From NCBI GenBank assembly GCA_027622595.1, contig JAQBZZ010000003.1, positions 6,014-70,013 on the forward strand: a stretch of 64,000 bases of DNA. The letters run 5' to 3'. Shown here piece after piece: positions 36,345 to 45,032 of this stretch. This DNA comes from Chloroflexota bacterium. GTDB taxonomy: Bacteria; Chloroflexota; Dehalococcoidia; Lucifugimonadales; UBA2985. A program made the translations under genes and the position numbers. Each line of letters opens with the position of its first letter. Within the stretch, counting starts at the first letter, position 1. The notes beneath the pieces were generated by a model. That model was not told where the DNA came from. It worked only from the letters and a program-made list of their open reading frames with translations, and searched no databases.

Positions 36345-37664
36345 CTAGCTGTTGAGGATGCTCTCCTGTGCAGGCCGCACCGGGAGCACGATTGTAACTG
36401 TTGTCCCTTTCCCCACCTGGCTGTCCAGAGTTATGGTCCCTTCGTGTTGCTCCACGGTCCTTCGACTTGAGGCAAGCCCTACGCCGGACCCTTTTCCATC
36501 TGGCTTGGTGGTGAAAAATGGGTCGAAGACCCTTTCGAGTTGTTCTCTCGGGATTCCGACGCCTGTATCGGTAAGTTTGATTTCCACTCTATCCTCTTCT
36601 GCTCTGGTTGAGATGTCCAAGAAACCTTCCTTTGACATGGCATCAAGGGCATTGGCTACCAGGTTGACGAATACCTGTCTTATCTGCTCCCCGTTGCACC
36701 ATATATGGGGTTCACCGGGGTCCAGCAGAAGAGTGAGCTTGATCTTGCTGCCGCTCGTATCCAGCCCATTAGCAGATACCACGGACGAAATAATGGAATT
36801 GAGGTTATGGATGCTCTCGTTGGACTGCCTTTCTTTAAGCAAGTCCAGGAGTGGAAGCAGCGCATCATTGGCATGAACGATCTCTGCCTTCAACGTGTCC
36901 ATTGATTGCTGCGAGGCGGCTTGGCCGTCCATCTCATGCATTAATGCCGACAGGGTTTGCAGGGAACTCTCGATTTCCCGGGCAGAAGCGGAGACTGCCT
37001 CTTCGATTGCTGCCATCCTGGTAGACTTTGTCAGATGGCGGCGAGCCTGGTCAAGCTCATGCCGCTGTTGCTCTAGTTGATGACGGAGATGGGCTATCTC
37101 CATGACGGCAGATGCCTGGTGAGCCAGTAGTCCTATGGTCTCCATCTCCTCACAGTTGTAGGTATTTCCGCCCTTTCTACGTCCCATTACCAGAAGCCCC
37201 TCGGTCCGGATAGAAACGAACAGCTTGCAGTGCAGGGCTGAGAGTGCCTCCTGTTCAGCGAGAGGGATTCCCTGCCACTGTGGCAAGGGATATATCTCCT
37301 CGGCTGCCACCACGCGGTGTTGCTCCTCAAGCCAGATGAGGAACGGGCTTCTTGACTGTAGCTGCATTGGGTAAAGGTCGTCGACACCTTCTGAGGCGGC
37401 AATCACCAGCTTATCCTGGTCGGGCTGGGGCAGAAACAGGACGACTCGTTCTGTTTCTATACACCGGGCTATCGCGGACACCAACGTCCGTCCTATGCTG
37501 GACGGGTCTGGTATCTCCTGGCCCTGGTCGCTGAGGCGTTGCACCTCATCGAAGGACTGCCGTCTCTTGTGGGCAATCGCTCTGCCATCGCGGTTGCGAA
37601 ACAGGCTGACCGCTCTGGTCAGAGACGACTTTATGCTGAGTAGGCTCCTATACATGGGTGCCAT
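36345..37664 (-). CDS. GAF-domain sensor histidine kinase-like protein (atypical H-box)
   Basis: HATPase_c motifs VFVNLVANALDAM, DTGVGIP, FDPFFTTK and GSGVGLA. Confidence 0.8.
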   Translation of the reverse strand: MAPMYRSLLSIKSSLTRAVSLFRNRDGRAIAHKRRQSFDEVQRLSDQGQEIPDPSSIGRTLVSAIARCIETERVVLFLPQPDQDKLVIAASEGVDDLYPMQLQSRSPFLIWLEEQHRVVAAEEIYPLPQWQGIPLAEQEALSALHCKLFVSIRTEGLLVMGRRKGGNTYNCEEMETIGLLAHQASAVMEIAHLRHQLEQQRHELDQARRHLTKSTRMAAIEEAVSASAREIESSLQTLSALMHEMDGQAASQQSMDTLKAEIVHANDALLPLLDLLKERQSNESIHNLNSIISSVVSANGLDTSGSKIKLTLLLDPGEPHIWCNGEQIRQVFVNLVANALDAMSKEGFLDISTRAEEDRVEIKLTDTGVGIPREQLERVFDPFFTTKPDGKGSGVGLASSRRTVEQHEGTITLDSQVGKGTTVTIVLPVRPAQESILNS

Positions 37665-37804
37665 TTAGCCCTTACAGAAGGTCTACCAGTAAGAATTCCT
37701 TCATATCATTACGGATTCAGTGCCGGTGCAATTATAGAGGCGAATAATGGTGCAAGGCCTTTTCCTCGTGTATAATAACTGTACCACGGGAGGGAGGGGA
37801 TGCG

Positions 37805-38209
37805 ATGTCTGAGCGGTACCAACGCGAGATAGAAGAAATCCTCCAGGAAGTAGGAGAAAACACTCCTACTAAAGAGTCCGCGGAAGCCAGAAAGAGTTCC
37901 CTTCTGGCCTCGTTTGCCCGCATTGGTAGAGGCATTGGGAATCGTATTTATCTGAGGTCCGGACGTATAATGACAATCGGTATCGTCTTGCTGTTGTCGG
38001 CGATTCTTGTCAGCGCCATGTTCCCCGGACTTTTGGGTCCCTTTGTCTGGTTGGGCCTTATTCTGTTCATACTGGTATATGCGCTTTTCTTTGCGCGGTC
38101 CAATCTTAATACTGAGAAACGGTGGCGTGGAAGGCTGATTGAGCAACCATCGCCAAATTGGAAAGTCGATGGCTTGTGGGAGAGGTTTCAGCGCTGGTTG
38201 CGGCACTAG
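37805..38209 (+). CDS. hypothetical membrane protein
   Basis: 134 aa with two central TM helices. Confidence 0.5.
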   Translation: MSERYQREIEEILQEVGENTPTKESAEARKSSLLASFARIGRGIGNRIYLRSGRIMTIGIVLLLSAILVSAMFPGLLGPFVWLGLILFILVYALFFARSNLNTEKRWRGRLIEQPSPNWKVDGLWERFQRWLRH

Positions 38210-38448
38210 GTTTCCCGTAGGGTATCTACTCCAAGTCTGGTCTGCTCTCCAACTGCATCTTGGTTGTGGTTCCTTTGCAAGCGCTGGAGTAGGGCAACGC
38301 AAAGGAACTTGCTCATTACCTCTCAGCTTTGTATTCTTCCTGATATCACTCTATATAGCATAGCTTCTTTTGGCCGGTGTGCTATGGGTTCTCCACCTTG
38401 TGTATAATGAACAGGTATTTTTTTAGGTTGTCGTTTTGGGGGTTCCTT

Positions 38449-39486
38449 ATGTTCTCATTGACCAGACGCCTCCGGTGGTGGACTCTGCTGGCCCTGCCAG
38501 TGTTTCTACTGGCCCTCGTAGCCTGCGAAACAGTCGCCACACCCACTGTTATCCCAACGCCTACTGCCACTCCCATTCCTCTGCTGTTGCCCATACTGGT
38601 CGACCCTGATGACGATCCACTAGGATTCTTCCAGTCGATACCGGAGGAGGAGCAACAGTGCCTGACACAGTCTCTGGGTCAGGCCAGACTCGACGAGATC
38701 CTCGGCGGTGCGGGATTCGCTAGGGATGACGGTCTGGTTATGGAGCAGTGCATAAGTAAGGAGACATTCGCACGTGTAATATTGGGGTTGTTTGTCAACC
38801 AGGCGGGTGATCTCAGAGATGACACCTCGGCCTGTGTGTGGGATGTCTTGAGCGGGGTAGACCTGAAGAGGCTATTTACCAGCGACGATAATGAAGCCCT
38901 GGTGCTGGCACTTCAGACAATTATAGACGCATCCTTTTGTCTAACCGACGAGGAGATTGCAATGGCAGCGGCATCTGCCGGGATAGAAGAGTTTCCCATA
39001 GCCGGGCTGAGGTGTTTGGCTGAACGGGTGGAAGTGGAAAGCCTGGCAGCTATATTTGGTGACAACCCGGGGATGCCATCCGCGGAAGTCGTTGTCGCTA
39101 TGCTGGAATGTGGCATCGGGATGCTTGGGCCGGAGGGAGAGTTCCCTCAGCTTGCGCCGGAGCAGTTAGCCTGTCTGGAGGCGGCATTGGACGCCGAGGC
39201 CCTGGCGCAGTTTCTTAGTCAGGGAGGTGATCTACCCTTAGAATCCATAGCTGCCATGCTGGAATGTGGCCTTGAGATGCTTGGGCCTGAGGGGGTTGAT
39301 GGCAGCGGAGCCGATGGCGGTATAGGCGTCGACATCAGCGCAGAGGACCTTGCATGCATTGTGGAGGCGTTGGGAGAGGAAGCCCTGGCTGAGATCATAG
39401 CGGGGGAACGTTTGCCCACCTTCGGAGAGATACTGGCACTGGCGGCTTGTGACCTGAATTTAGAAGAGTTGGTCGGCGGTAGCTGA
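38449..39486 (+). CDS. secreted lipoprotein with periodic Cys-containing acidic repeats
   Basis: MFSLTRRLRWWTLLALPVFLLALVAC (lipobox). Internal repeats AMLECGIGMLGPEGE / AMLECGLEMLGPEG and EQLACLEAAL / EDLACIVEAL. Confidence 0.6.
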   Translation: MFSLTRRLRWWTLLALPVFLLALVACETVATPTVIPTPTATPIPLLLPILVDPDDDPLGFFQSIPEEEQQCLTQSLGQARLDEILGGAGFARDDGLVMEQCISKETFARVILGLFVNQAGDLRDDTSACVWDVLSGVDLKRLFTSDDNEALVLALQTIIDASFCLTDEEIAMAAASAGIEEFPIAGLRCLAERVEVESLAAIFGDNPGMPSAEVVVAMLECGIGMLGPEGEFPQLAPEQLACLEAALDAEALAQFLSQGGDLPLESIAAMLECGLEMLGPEGVDGSGADGGIGVDISAEDLACIVEALGEEALAEIIAGERLPTFGEILALAACDLNLEELVGGS

Positions 39487-39605
39487 AACCCTGAATATCC
39501 CATCCACATTACCAAAGAAACTGGAGCGCCCCTTTATACGGGGCGCTCCAGTTTCAAGTTACGCTACTGAGGACATCGTGGGAAGTGATGAAGGGTCTTG
39601 CCACG

Positions 39606-41396
39606 CTAGATGGCGCACTCCCCTTCGCCCCGTTCCACCTTGTACAACACCGTTTTGTCCCAGTCCATGTACGTATCGATGTTCTCTCTGTTGAGGGTTC
39701 CCAAATCCTGGTACTCCCCAATAATGGCCTCAATGGGTCCAACCCCAACCCTATCAACGAATGTGTTGAAGGGTTCTGCCTCCGCCCGGTGCTTCTGGTA
39801 GTAGCCAAGGACGTTGCGTATGATCTCCGGCACCCTCTTTGCGGGGACCTTTCCCTTTGGCCTCAGGCCGATACGTGCCTCCGTCTGGCCATTCAGGTCC
39901 TGGTAGCTGCCCCCGATGAACATCTCGTAGGCAGGGACGTGGTTGCCTTTATCGCCCTTCATGGAAGCGCCGTGGAACCCTATGTTAGCCAGGTGGTGCT
40001 GTCCGCAGGAGTTGGGGCATCCGCTCATCTTGATGTGCAGACTCTTGACCAGGGGGTCGGAGATGTCCATATTGGCGAGTTCCTCGCGTATGGCCTTTCC
40101 AAGACCCATGGCGGAGGTGATGCCAAGCTTGCAGCTATCGGTGCCCGGGCAAGATGTGACGTCGGTTATGGTATTCACCTCTGGTTCGGCCAGGCCTGTT
40201 TCCTTCAGGTCCTTCCACAGGGGGTACAGGGCCTCTTCCCGCACCCAGCGGAAGGCCATGTTCTGCTGCTGTGTGAAGCGGGCCCGGCCGCTGGCGTATT
40301 TCGTGGCGATGTCGGCCAAAAGAGGAAATTGGTGATCTTGAATGTCGCCCTGGGGCAGCTTTACCAGCACCACGTGGAAGCCGGCCTGTTTCTGGGTCTG
40401 GACGTTGGTGTTACGCCACAGCTCGAACTCGCCTCTGTCCCCGTTGGGCGATATCTGGGTTCCAGCGGCTGGGGGCTGGGGCGCGTCGGCCTCCTCGTCG
40501 TCCAGGTACAGCAGGGGTGTTGGGTCAATGGTTTTCTGTGCCCAGGGCCTCTTCAGCTCTTCCTCCACCAGCTTGCGGAACTCGTCAATGCCGATGCGGT
40601 CCACCATGAACTTGATACGGGCCTTCATCCTGTTCTTCCGCTCCTGCTCCGAGGCATCGAATACCCGCAGGACCGCTTCGCTGATGCGCAGGTAGTTATC
40701 CACGGGCACGAACTCGTACAGGGTGGGTGCGATACGGGGCATGATGGCAAGGCCGCCACCGACAACCATCTTGAATCCCTTCTCGATTTGACCGCCCACT
40801 TCGCGGGTCTTTGGTATGAAACCTACATCGTGGATGCTGGTGAGTGCGCAGTCCTTTTCGCAGCCGGAGAACGATGTCTTGATCTTGCGGGGCATACCCT
40901 GGCTTACAGGGTGACGCAAGAAGTACCGGGCGTAGGCACCGGCATAGGGCGTTGTGTCAAAGGGTTCGTCGGCGCAGACACCAGCCAGAGGGCATCCAGT
41001 GACGTTGCGTACCGTATTGCCGCAGGCCTCCCGTGTGGACAGTCCTGCCTGCCCAAGGACACTCAATGCCTGGGGGGTCTGTTCCAGGGGCACGAAGTGG
41101 AACTGCATGTTCTCCCGGGTGGTCACATGGCCCTTTTTCATAGGGGCAAAGTCCCGTGCTATGACTCCCAGGCGCTCCAGTTGTTCCGAAAAGACCTCTC
41201 CAACGGGCAGCTTTACCCTGAGCATGTGGACGTCGGGCTGGCGTTGTCCGTAGACTCCCATCCTGAGACGGAATGCCTGGAATGCTATTGGGTCCCAGTC
41301 ACCCTGAATAAACTCCCCCACCACCCTCTCAAAATTATCAAGCTCTTCTTGGAGAACAGGTAGGATACCCTTCTCATTTATCTTTGCCTGGCTCAT
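39606..41396 (-). CDS. sir: ferredoxin-type sulfite (nitrite/sulfite) reductase, siroheme-[4Fe-4S]
   Basis: TSCPGTDSCKLG and SGCPNSCGQHH cluster-binding motifs. AAGGAGG RBS. Confidence 0.9.
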   Translation of the reverse strand: MSQAKINEKGILPVLQEELDNFERVVGEFIQGDWDPIAFQAFRLRMGVYGQRQPDVHMLRVKLPVGEVFSEQLERLGVIARDFAPMKKGHVTTRENMQFHFVPLEQTPQALSVLGQAGLSTREACGNTVRNVTGCPLAGVCADEPFDTTPYAGAYARYFLRHPVSQGMPRKIKTSFSGCEKDCALTSIHDVGFIPKTREVGGQIEKGFKMVVGGGLAIMPRIAPTLYEFVPVDNYLRISEAVLRVFDASEQERKNRMKARIKFMVDRIGIDEFRKLVEEELKRPWAQKTIDPTPLLYLDDEEADAPQPPAAGTQISPNGDRGEFELWRNTNVQTQKQAGFHVVLVKLPQGDIQDHQFPLLADIATKYASGRARFTQQQNMAFRWVREEALYPLWKDLKETGLAEPEVNTITDVTSCPGTDSCKLGITSAMGLGKAIREELANMDISDPLVKSLHIKMSGCPNSCGQHHLANIGFHGASMKGDKGNHVPAYEMFIGGSYQDLNGQTEARIGLRPKGKVPAKRVPEIIRNVLGYYQKHRAEAEPFNTFVDRVGVGPIEAIIGEYQDLGTLNRENIDTYMDWDKTVLYKVERGEGECAI

Positions 41397-41450
41397 TATG
41401 CCTCCTTAAGATTTTGGGAGATTTCGGTGCTTACAATGTGGGATTTCTTG

Positions 41451-41498
41451 ATAAAACAAATCGCCCCCTCAGTGTAGTACACGCTGAAGGGGCGATTT
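41451..41498 (-). terminator. intrinsic terminator (attenuator) in the sir leader
   Basis: Minus strand: AAATCGCCCCTTCAG (41498-41484) / CTGAGGGGGCGATTT (41472-41458) with 1 mismatch, followed by the TTTGTTTTAT tract. Lies 60 nt upstream of the sir ATG. Confidence 0.7.
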
Positions 41499-41532
41499 AT
41501 AGATTTAATGGTTACCAGGTAAGCCCCTTATT

Positions 41533-41592
41533 TTAGGGTCTACAACAGCAGCAATTTATGGTAAATCCTCCGTATGTCTGAAAGGCGTTCAT
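41533..41592 (-). CDS. polycysteine leader peptide MNAFQTYGGFTINCCCCRP (19 aa)
   Basis: Minus strand: atg aac gcc ttt cag aca tac gga gga ttt acc ata aat tgc tgc tgt tgt aga ccc taa. Four consecutive Cys codons at 41553-41542. Confidence 0.65.
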   Translation of the reverse strand: MNAFQTYGGFTINCCCCRP

Positions 41593-41601
41593 TTGTCGTG
41601 A

Positions 41602-41630
41602 ATCTTAGTCCACTTAAGCAACAATGTCAA
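41602..41630 (-). promoter_or_regulatory. sigma70-like promoter TTGACA-17-TAAGAT driving the sir Cys leader
   Basis: -35 at 41630-41625 and -10 at 41607-41602. The ATG at 41592 is 9 nt after the -10. Confidence 0.6.
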
Positions 41631-41695
41631 GTTATTCGTAAAGGTTGTTGCTTGATGGGACGGCAGGTGCTACAGTCGCCGTGGAACTGACTATC

Positions 41696-42340
41696 ATGTC
41701 TACCGAGATGGACAAGGCCAGGAAGAGACTATTCGATGGTCTTCGCAAAGAGATCGCCGCGGAGAGGGTGCTTGATGCCATGGAAAGAGTGCCGCGGGAG
41801 CTATTTGTGCCTGAGGCAAGCCGCCACCTGAGCTACGAGGACATTCCGCTGCCCATAGGAGAGGGGCAGACCATATCTCAGCCGTACATCGTGGCGTTGA
41901 TGACCGATGCCCTGGAGATCGGGGATGAGGACACGGTACTGGAACTGGGTACAGGCAGTGGGTACCAGGCGGCTATACTCTCTCTACTGGCACGGAAGGT
42001 CTTGTCCACTGAGAGAATTGCTTCCCTGGTGGAGGAGGCTGGGAGATTGCTCACCTCGCTGGGATACGATAACGTGGAAGTGCGCCTGGACGGGAGCGAG
42101 TTGGGGTGTCCTGAGGAAGCTCCATTCGATGCCATTATGGTCACGGCAGCCGCTCCTACATTGCCCCGCGTGTTGCTGGGACAGATGGCTCAGGGAGGAA
42201 GGCTGGTGATTCCAGTCGGGTCTCAGCAGGAGCAGGGGTTGGTTAAAGTGACCAGAATCGACGATGGGTATTCCATAAGCAATCTGGGTTCATGTCGCTT
42301 TGTGCCTCTGTTGGGGAGAGGGGCCTGGGACGACTTTTAG
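41696..42340 (+). CDS. pcm: protein-L-isoaspartate O-methyltransferase
   Basis: GEGQTISQPYIVALM and VLELGTGSGYQAA. Internal ATG chosen as the start. Confidence 0.88.
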   Translation: MSTEMDKARKRLFDGLRKEIAAERVLDAMERVPRELFVPEASRHLSYEDIPLPIGEGQTISQPYIVALMTDALEIGDEDTVLELGTGSGYQAAILSLLARKVLSTERIASLVEEAGRLLTSLGYDNVEVRLDGSELGCPEEAPFDAIMVTAAAPTLPRVLLGQMAQGGRLVIPVGSQQEQGLVKVTRIDDGYSISNLGSCRFVPLLGRGAWDDF

Positions 42341-42453
42341 CAGTCCGCATGCAAGAAACGCTTCTTGTACGTAGAACATGGTCTTTCCTTGCTACCCTAT
42401 TTTAGCTTTGCTATACTAGCCGCTGGGTTAGATTTAGAGGACGTTCTTAAGCT

Positions 42454-43944
42454 ATGCCTGAGACAAAAAAATACGAGACTGTTATTGGACTGGAAGTCCA
42501 TGCTCAGCTCCTTACCAAGAGCAAGATGTTCTGCTCTTGCCCAGCCGACTACATTCAGGGCTCTCCCAACTCGGTGGTGTGCCCGGTCTGCCTTGCTATG
42601 CCTGGCGTCCTTCCCGTGATAAATCGACGGGCCGTGGAGTACGTCATAATGACCGGCCTTGCGCTGAACTCCACCATATCCCAGGACACCCAGTTTCATC
42701 GCAAGAACTACCCTTACCCGGACCTGGTGAAGGGATACCAGATATCCCAGTACGATGTGCCAATCGCCGTGGGGGGGTGGCTCACCATAGACGTGGACGG
42801 AGAGCAGAAAAAGGTGGGAATTACCAGGGTGCACCTAGAGGAGGACGTCGCCAAACTCCAGCATATTCACGATGCTCAGGGAGAGAGTTACAGCTTGGTG
42901 GATGTAAACCGCGCGGGGATTCCCCTTATGGAAACGGTGAGCGAACCCGATATGCGTTCCCCAGAGGAAGCCCGTCAATACTTGGAGAATTTGAGGGCCA
43001 TCCTTCAATATCTCGGAGTCTCCACGGGAAATATGGAGGACGGCAGCTTTCGGTGTGATGCCAACATAAGCATTCGGCCTGTGAACAGCACCGAGCTATT
43101 TACCAGGACCGAGATAAAGAATATGAACAGCTTTCGGGCGGTCTATCGCGCCCTGGAGTACGAGGTGGAAAGGCAAATCAAGGTGGTCGAGGAAGGCGGC
43201 AGGGTGGTGCAGGAGACCAGGGGTTGGGTGGAGGAACGCGGGGTTACGGTTTCCCAACGGACCAAGGAGTCCGCTCACGACTATCGATATTTTTCGGAGC
43301 CGGACCTGCCTCCACTCTCCATAAGCAGAGAGTGGGTTAAGGAGGTCAAGGCCGGTCTGCCGGAGCTACCCGGAGCAAGGCGAGACAGGTTTGTTGCCGA
43401 GTACGGCCTTTCTCTGTATGATGCCAGTCTCCTTATCACTTCCAAGAGCACAGCGGACTTTTTTGAAAATGGTCTCAGAGCCAAGGATACCAAACCAGTT
43501 GAGGTGACCACTAAAGCCAAGGCAATTGCCAACTGGATGCTGGGCGATATGACGGGCCTTCTGAATGCCTCCGGCGTGGAGCTTGGGAACGCCAGGATCA
43601 CGCCCCAGGGTCTGAGAGAGTTCACTGACCTGATCGAAGCGGGGACAATCAATGGCCCCGCGGCCAAAGCAGTATTTGAAGAGATGTTCAAGTCTGGAAA
43701 GGGAGCTATGATAATAGCCGAGGAGCAGGGTCTGACCCAGATAAGCGATGCCGGTCTTTTGGATGAGGCCGTGGCAGAAGTTCTCCAACGGAACCCACAA
43801 GCGGTTCAGGATTTCCTTGGTGGCAAGGAGACCGCCGTCAAATTCCTGGTGGGGCAGGTCATGAAAGAGACCCGGGGCAGGGCCAATCCAGCCATGATAA
43901 GTAAGATTCTCCTGGAAAATCTTGGCACCGAGTTAAACGGATAA
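42454..43944 (+). CDS. gatB: Asp/Glu-tRNA amidotransferase subunit B
   Basis: [23 protein letters not shown] and a C-terminal GatB_Yqey region. Confidence 0.93.
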   Translation: MPETKKYETVIGLEVHAQLLTKSKMFCSCPADYIQGSPNSVVCPVCLAMPGVLPVINRRAVEYVIMTGLALNSTISQDTQFHRKNYPYPDLVKGYQISQYDVPIAVGGWLTIDVDGEQKKVGITRVHLEEDVAKLQHIHDAQGESYSLVDVNRAGIPLMETVSEPDMRSPEEARQYLENLRAILQYLGVSTGNMEDGSFRCDANISIRPVNSTELFTRTEIKNMNSFRAVYRALEYEVERQIKVVEEGGRVVQETRGWVEERGVTVSQRTKESAHDYRYFSEPDLPPLSISREWVKEVKAGLPELPGARRDRFVAEYGLSLYDASLLITSKSTADFFENGLRAKDTKPVEVTTKAKAIANWMLGDMTGLLNASGVELGNARITPQGLREFTDLIEAGTINGPAAKAVFEEMFKSGKGAMIIAEEQGLTQISDAGLLDEAVAEVLQRNPQAVQDFLGGKETAVKFLVGQVMKETRGRANPAMISKILLENLGTELNG

Positions 43945-44171
43945 TGGACTCCTTTTTTCAGGCAGCCCAGATTCTGGTTTCCGTTCTCTTGGTGGCCGTT
44001 ATTCTGATCCAGATTAGGGGGCAGGGATCGGGCTTCTTCGGCTCGGGCCAAGCCTCATTCCGTACCAGACGGGGCGTGGAGAAGACCCTGTTCCAGGGCA
44101 TCATAGTGCTGGCGGTGGTCTTTACCCTACTGGCAATTGTAAGTGCCATACAGCCTTCCTGGTTGTTCTGA
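43944..44171 (+). CDS. secG: preprotein translocase subunit SecG
   Basis: 75 aa with LLVAVILIQIRGQGSGFFG. Confidence 0.85.
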   Translation: MDSFFQAAQILVSVLLVAVILIQIRGQGSGFFGSGQASFRTRRGVEKTLFQGIIVLAVVFTLLAIVSAIQPSWLF

Positions 44172-44189
44172 TACCTTGCCTGGTATATC

Positions 44190-45026
44190 GTGACCCTCTC
44201 TCTGGTAACACTCACAACTGACTTCGGGACCAGGGATTCGTACGTAGCGGAGATGAAGGGGGTTGTTCTACAGATCAACCCCGGCGCTAACCTTGTAGAC
44301 ATTTCCCACGGCATCGACCCGCAGAGTGTGATCCAAGGGGCCTTTGTGCTGGGGCATGCCTACCACTCTTTTTCAAAGAGCGCTATCCACGTGGCCGTGG
44401 TTGACCCTGGTGTCGGCACGTCGCGTCGTGCCGCTTTGCTGGTCACGCCGGATGGCTTCTTTCTGGCTCCCGATAACGGACTCCTCACCTACACTTTTAG
44501 GGATAGCCCTGAATACCGGGCTGCTGCACAGGGCCGACGGTTCCTGGAGCCGATGGATGTACCGATACCCCCGGACTGTGCCGCCTACAACCTATCCAAC
44601 GAAAGTCTGTGGAAAACTCCCCTCAGCGACACCTTTCATGGCCGGGATATTTTTGCGCCTGTGGCGGCACACCTTTCACTGGGTACTACGCCGGAAGAGG
44701 TGGGAGAGCCTTTGCGTTCTCTCGTGTGCCTGTGCATTCCTCATACACAACGGAAGGGTGATACCCTCACAGGCCACGTCGTCCACATTGACGGATTTGG
44801 GAACCTGGTGACGACCATAGACGGGAAGGCGTTGGCTCAAAGCATGGTAGAGGTGCTTATAAAGAGTCGTAGGATACAGGGGGTGAGCGGGGCTTACGCT
44901 GAAAGCGCCGGCCTTCTCGCCATAGTCGGAAGCCACGGTAATCTGGAGATTGCTGTAAAAGACGGCAGCGCCGCTCTGGAGCTGAACGCGAAGGTGGGAG
45001 ATGAAGTGGTGGTGGAGTTGGCTTAA
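44190..45026 (+). CDS. SAM hydroxide adenosyltransferase (DUF62, chlorinase/fluorinase family)
   Basis: VTLTTDFGTRDSYVAEMKGV, DISHGI and FHGRDIFAPVAA. Confidence 0.85.
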   Translation: MTLSLVTLTTDFGTRDSYVAEMKGVVLQINPGANLVDISHGIDPQSVIQGAFVLGHAYHSFSKSAIHVAVVDPGVGTSRRAALLVTPDGFFLAPDNGLLTYTFRDSPEYRAAAQGRRFLEPMDVPIPPDCAAYNLSNESLWKTPLSDTFHGRDIFAPVAAHLSLGTTPEEVGEPLRSLVCLCIPHTQRKGDTLTGHVVHIDGFGNLVTTIDGKALAQSMVEVLIKSRRIQGVSGAYAESAGLLAIVGSHGNLEIAVKDGSAALELNAKVGDEVVVELA

Positions 45027-45032
45027 GATTAT

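Noticed and set aside
39585-41363. 592-aa plus-strand ORF
   Set aside because: It is antisense to the sulfite reductase gene, whose minus-strand product carries the conserved Fe-S/siroheme motifs. The plus-strand translation is low complexity (Leu/Gly/Val/His rich) with no motif. This is a typical GC-rich shadow ORF.
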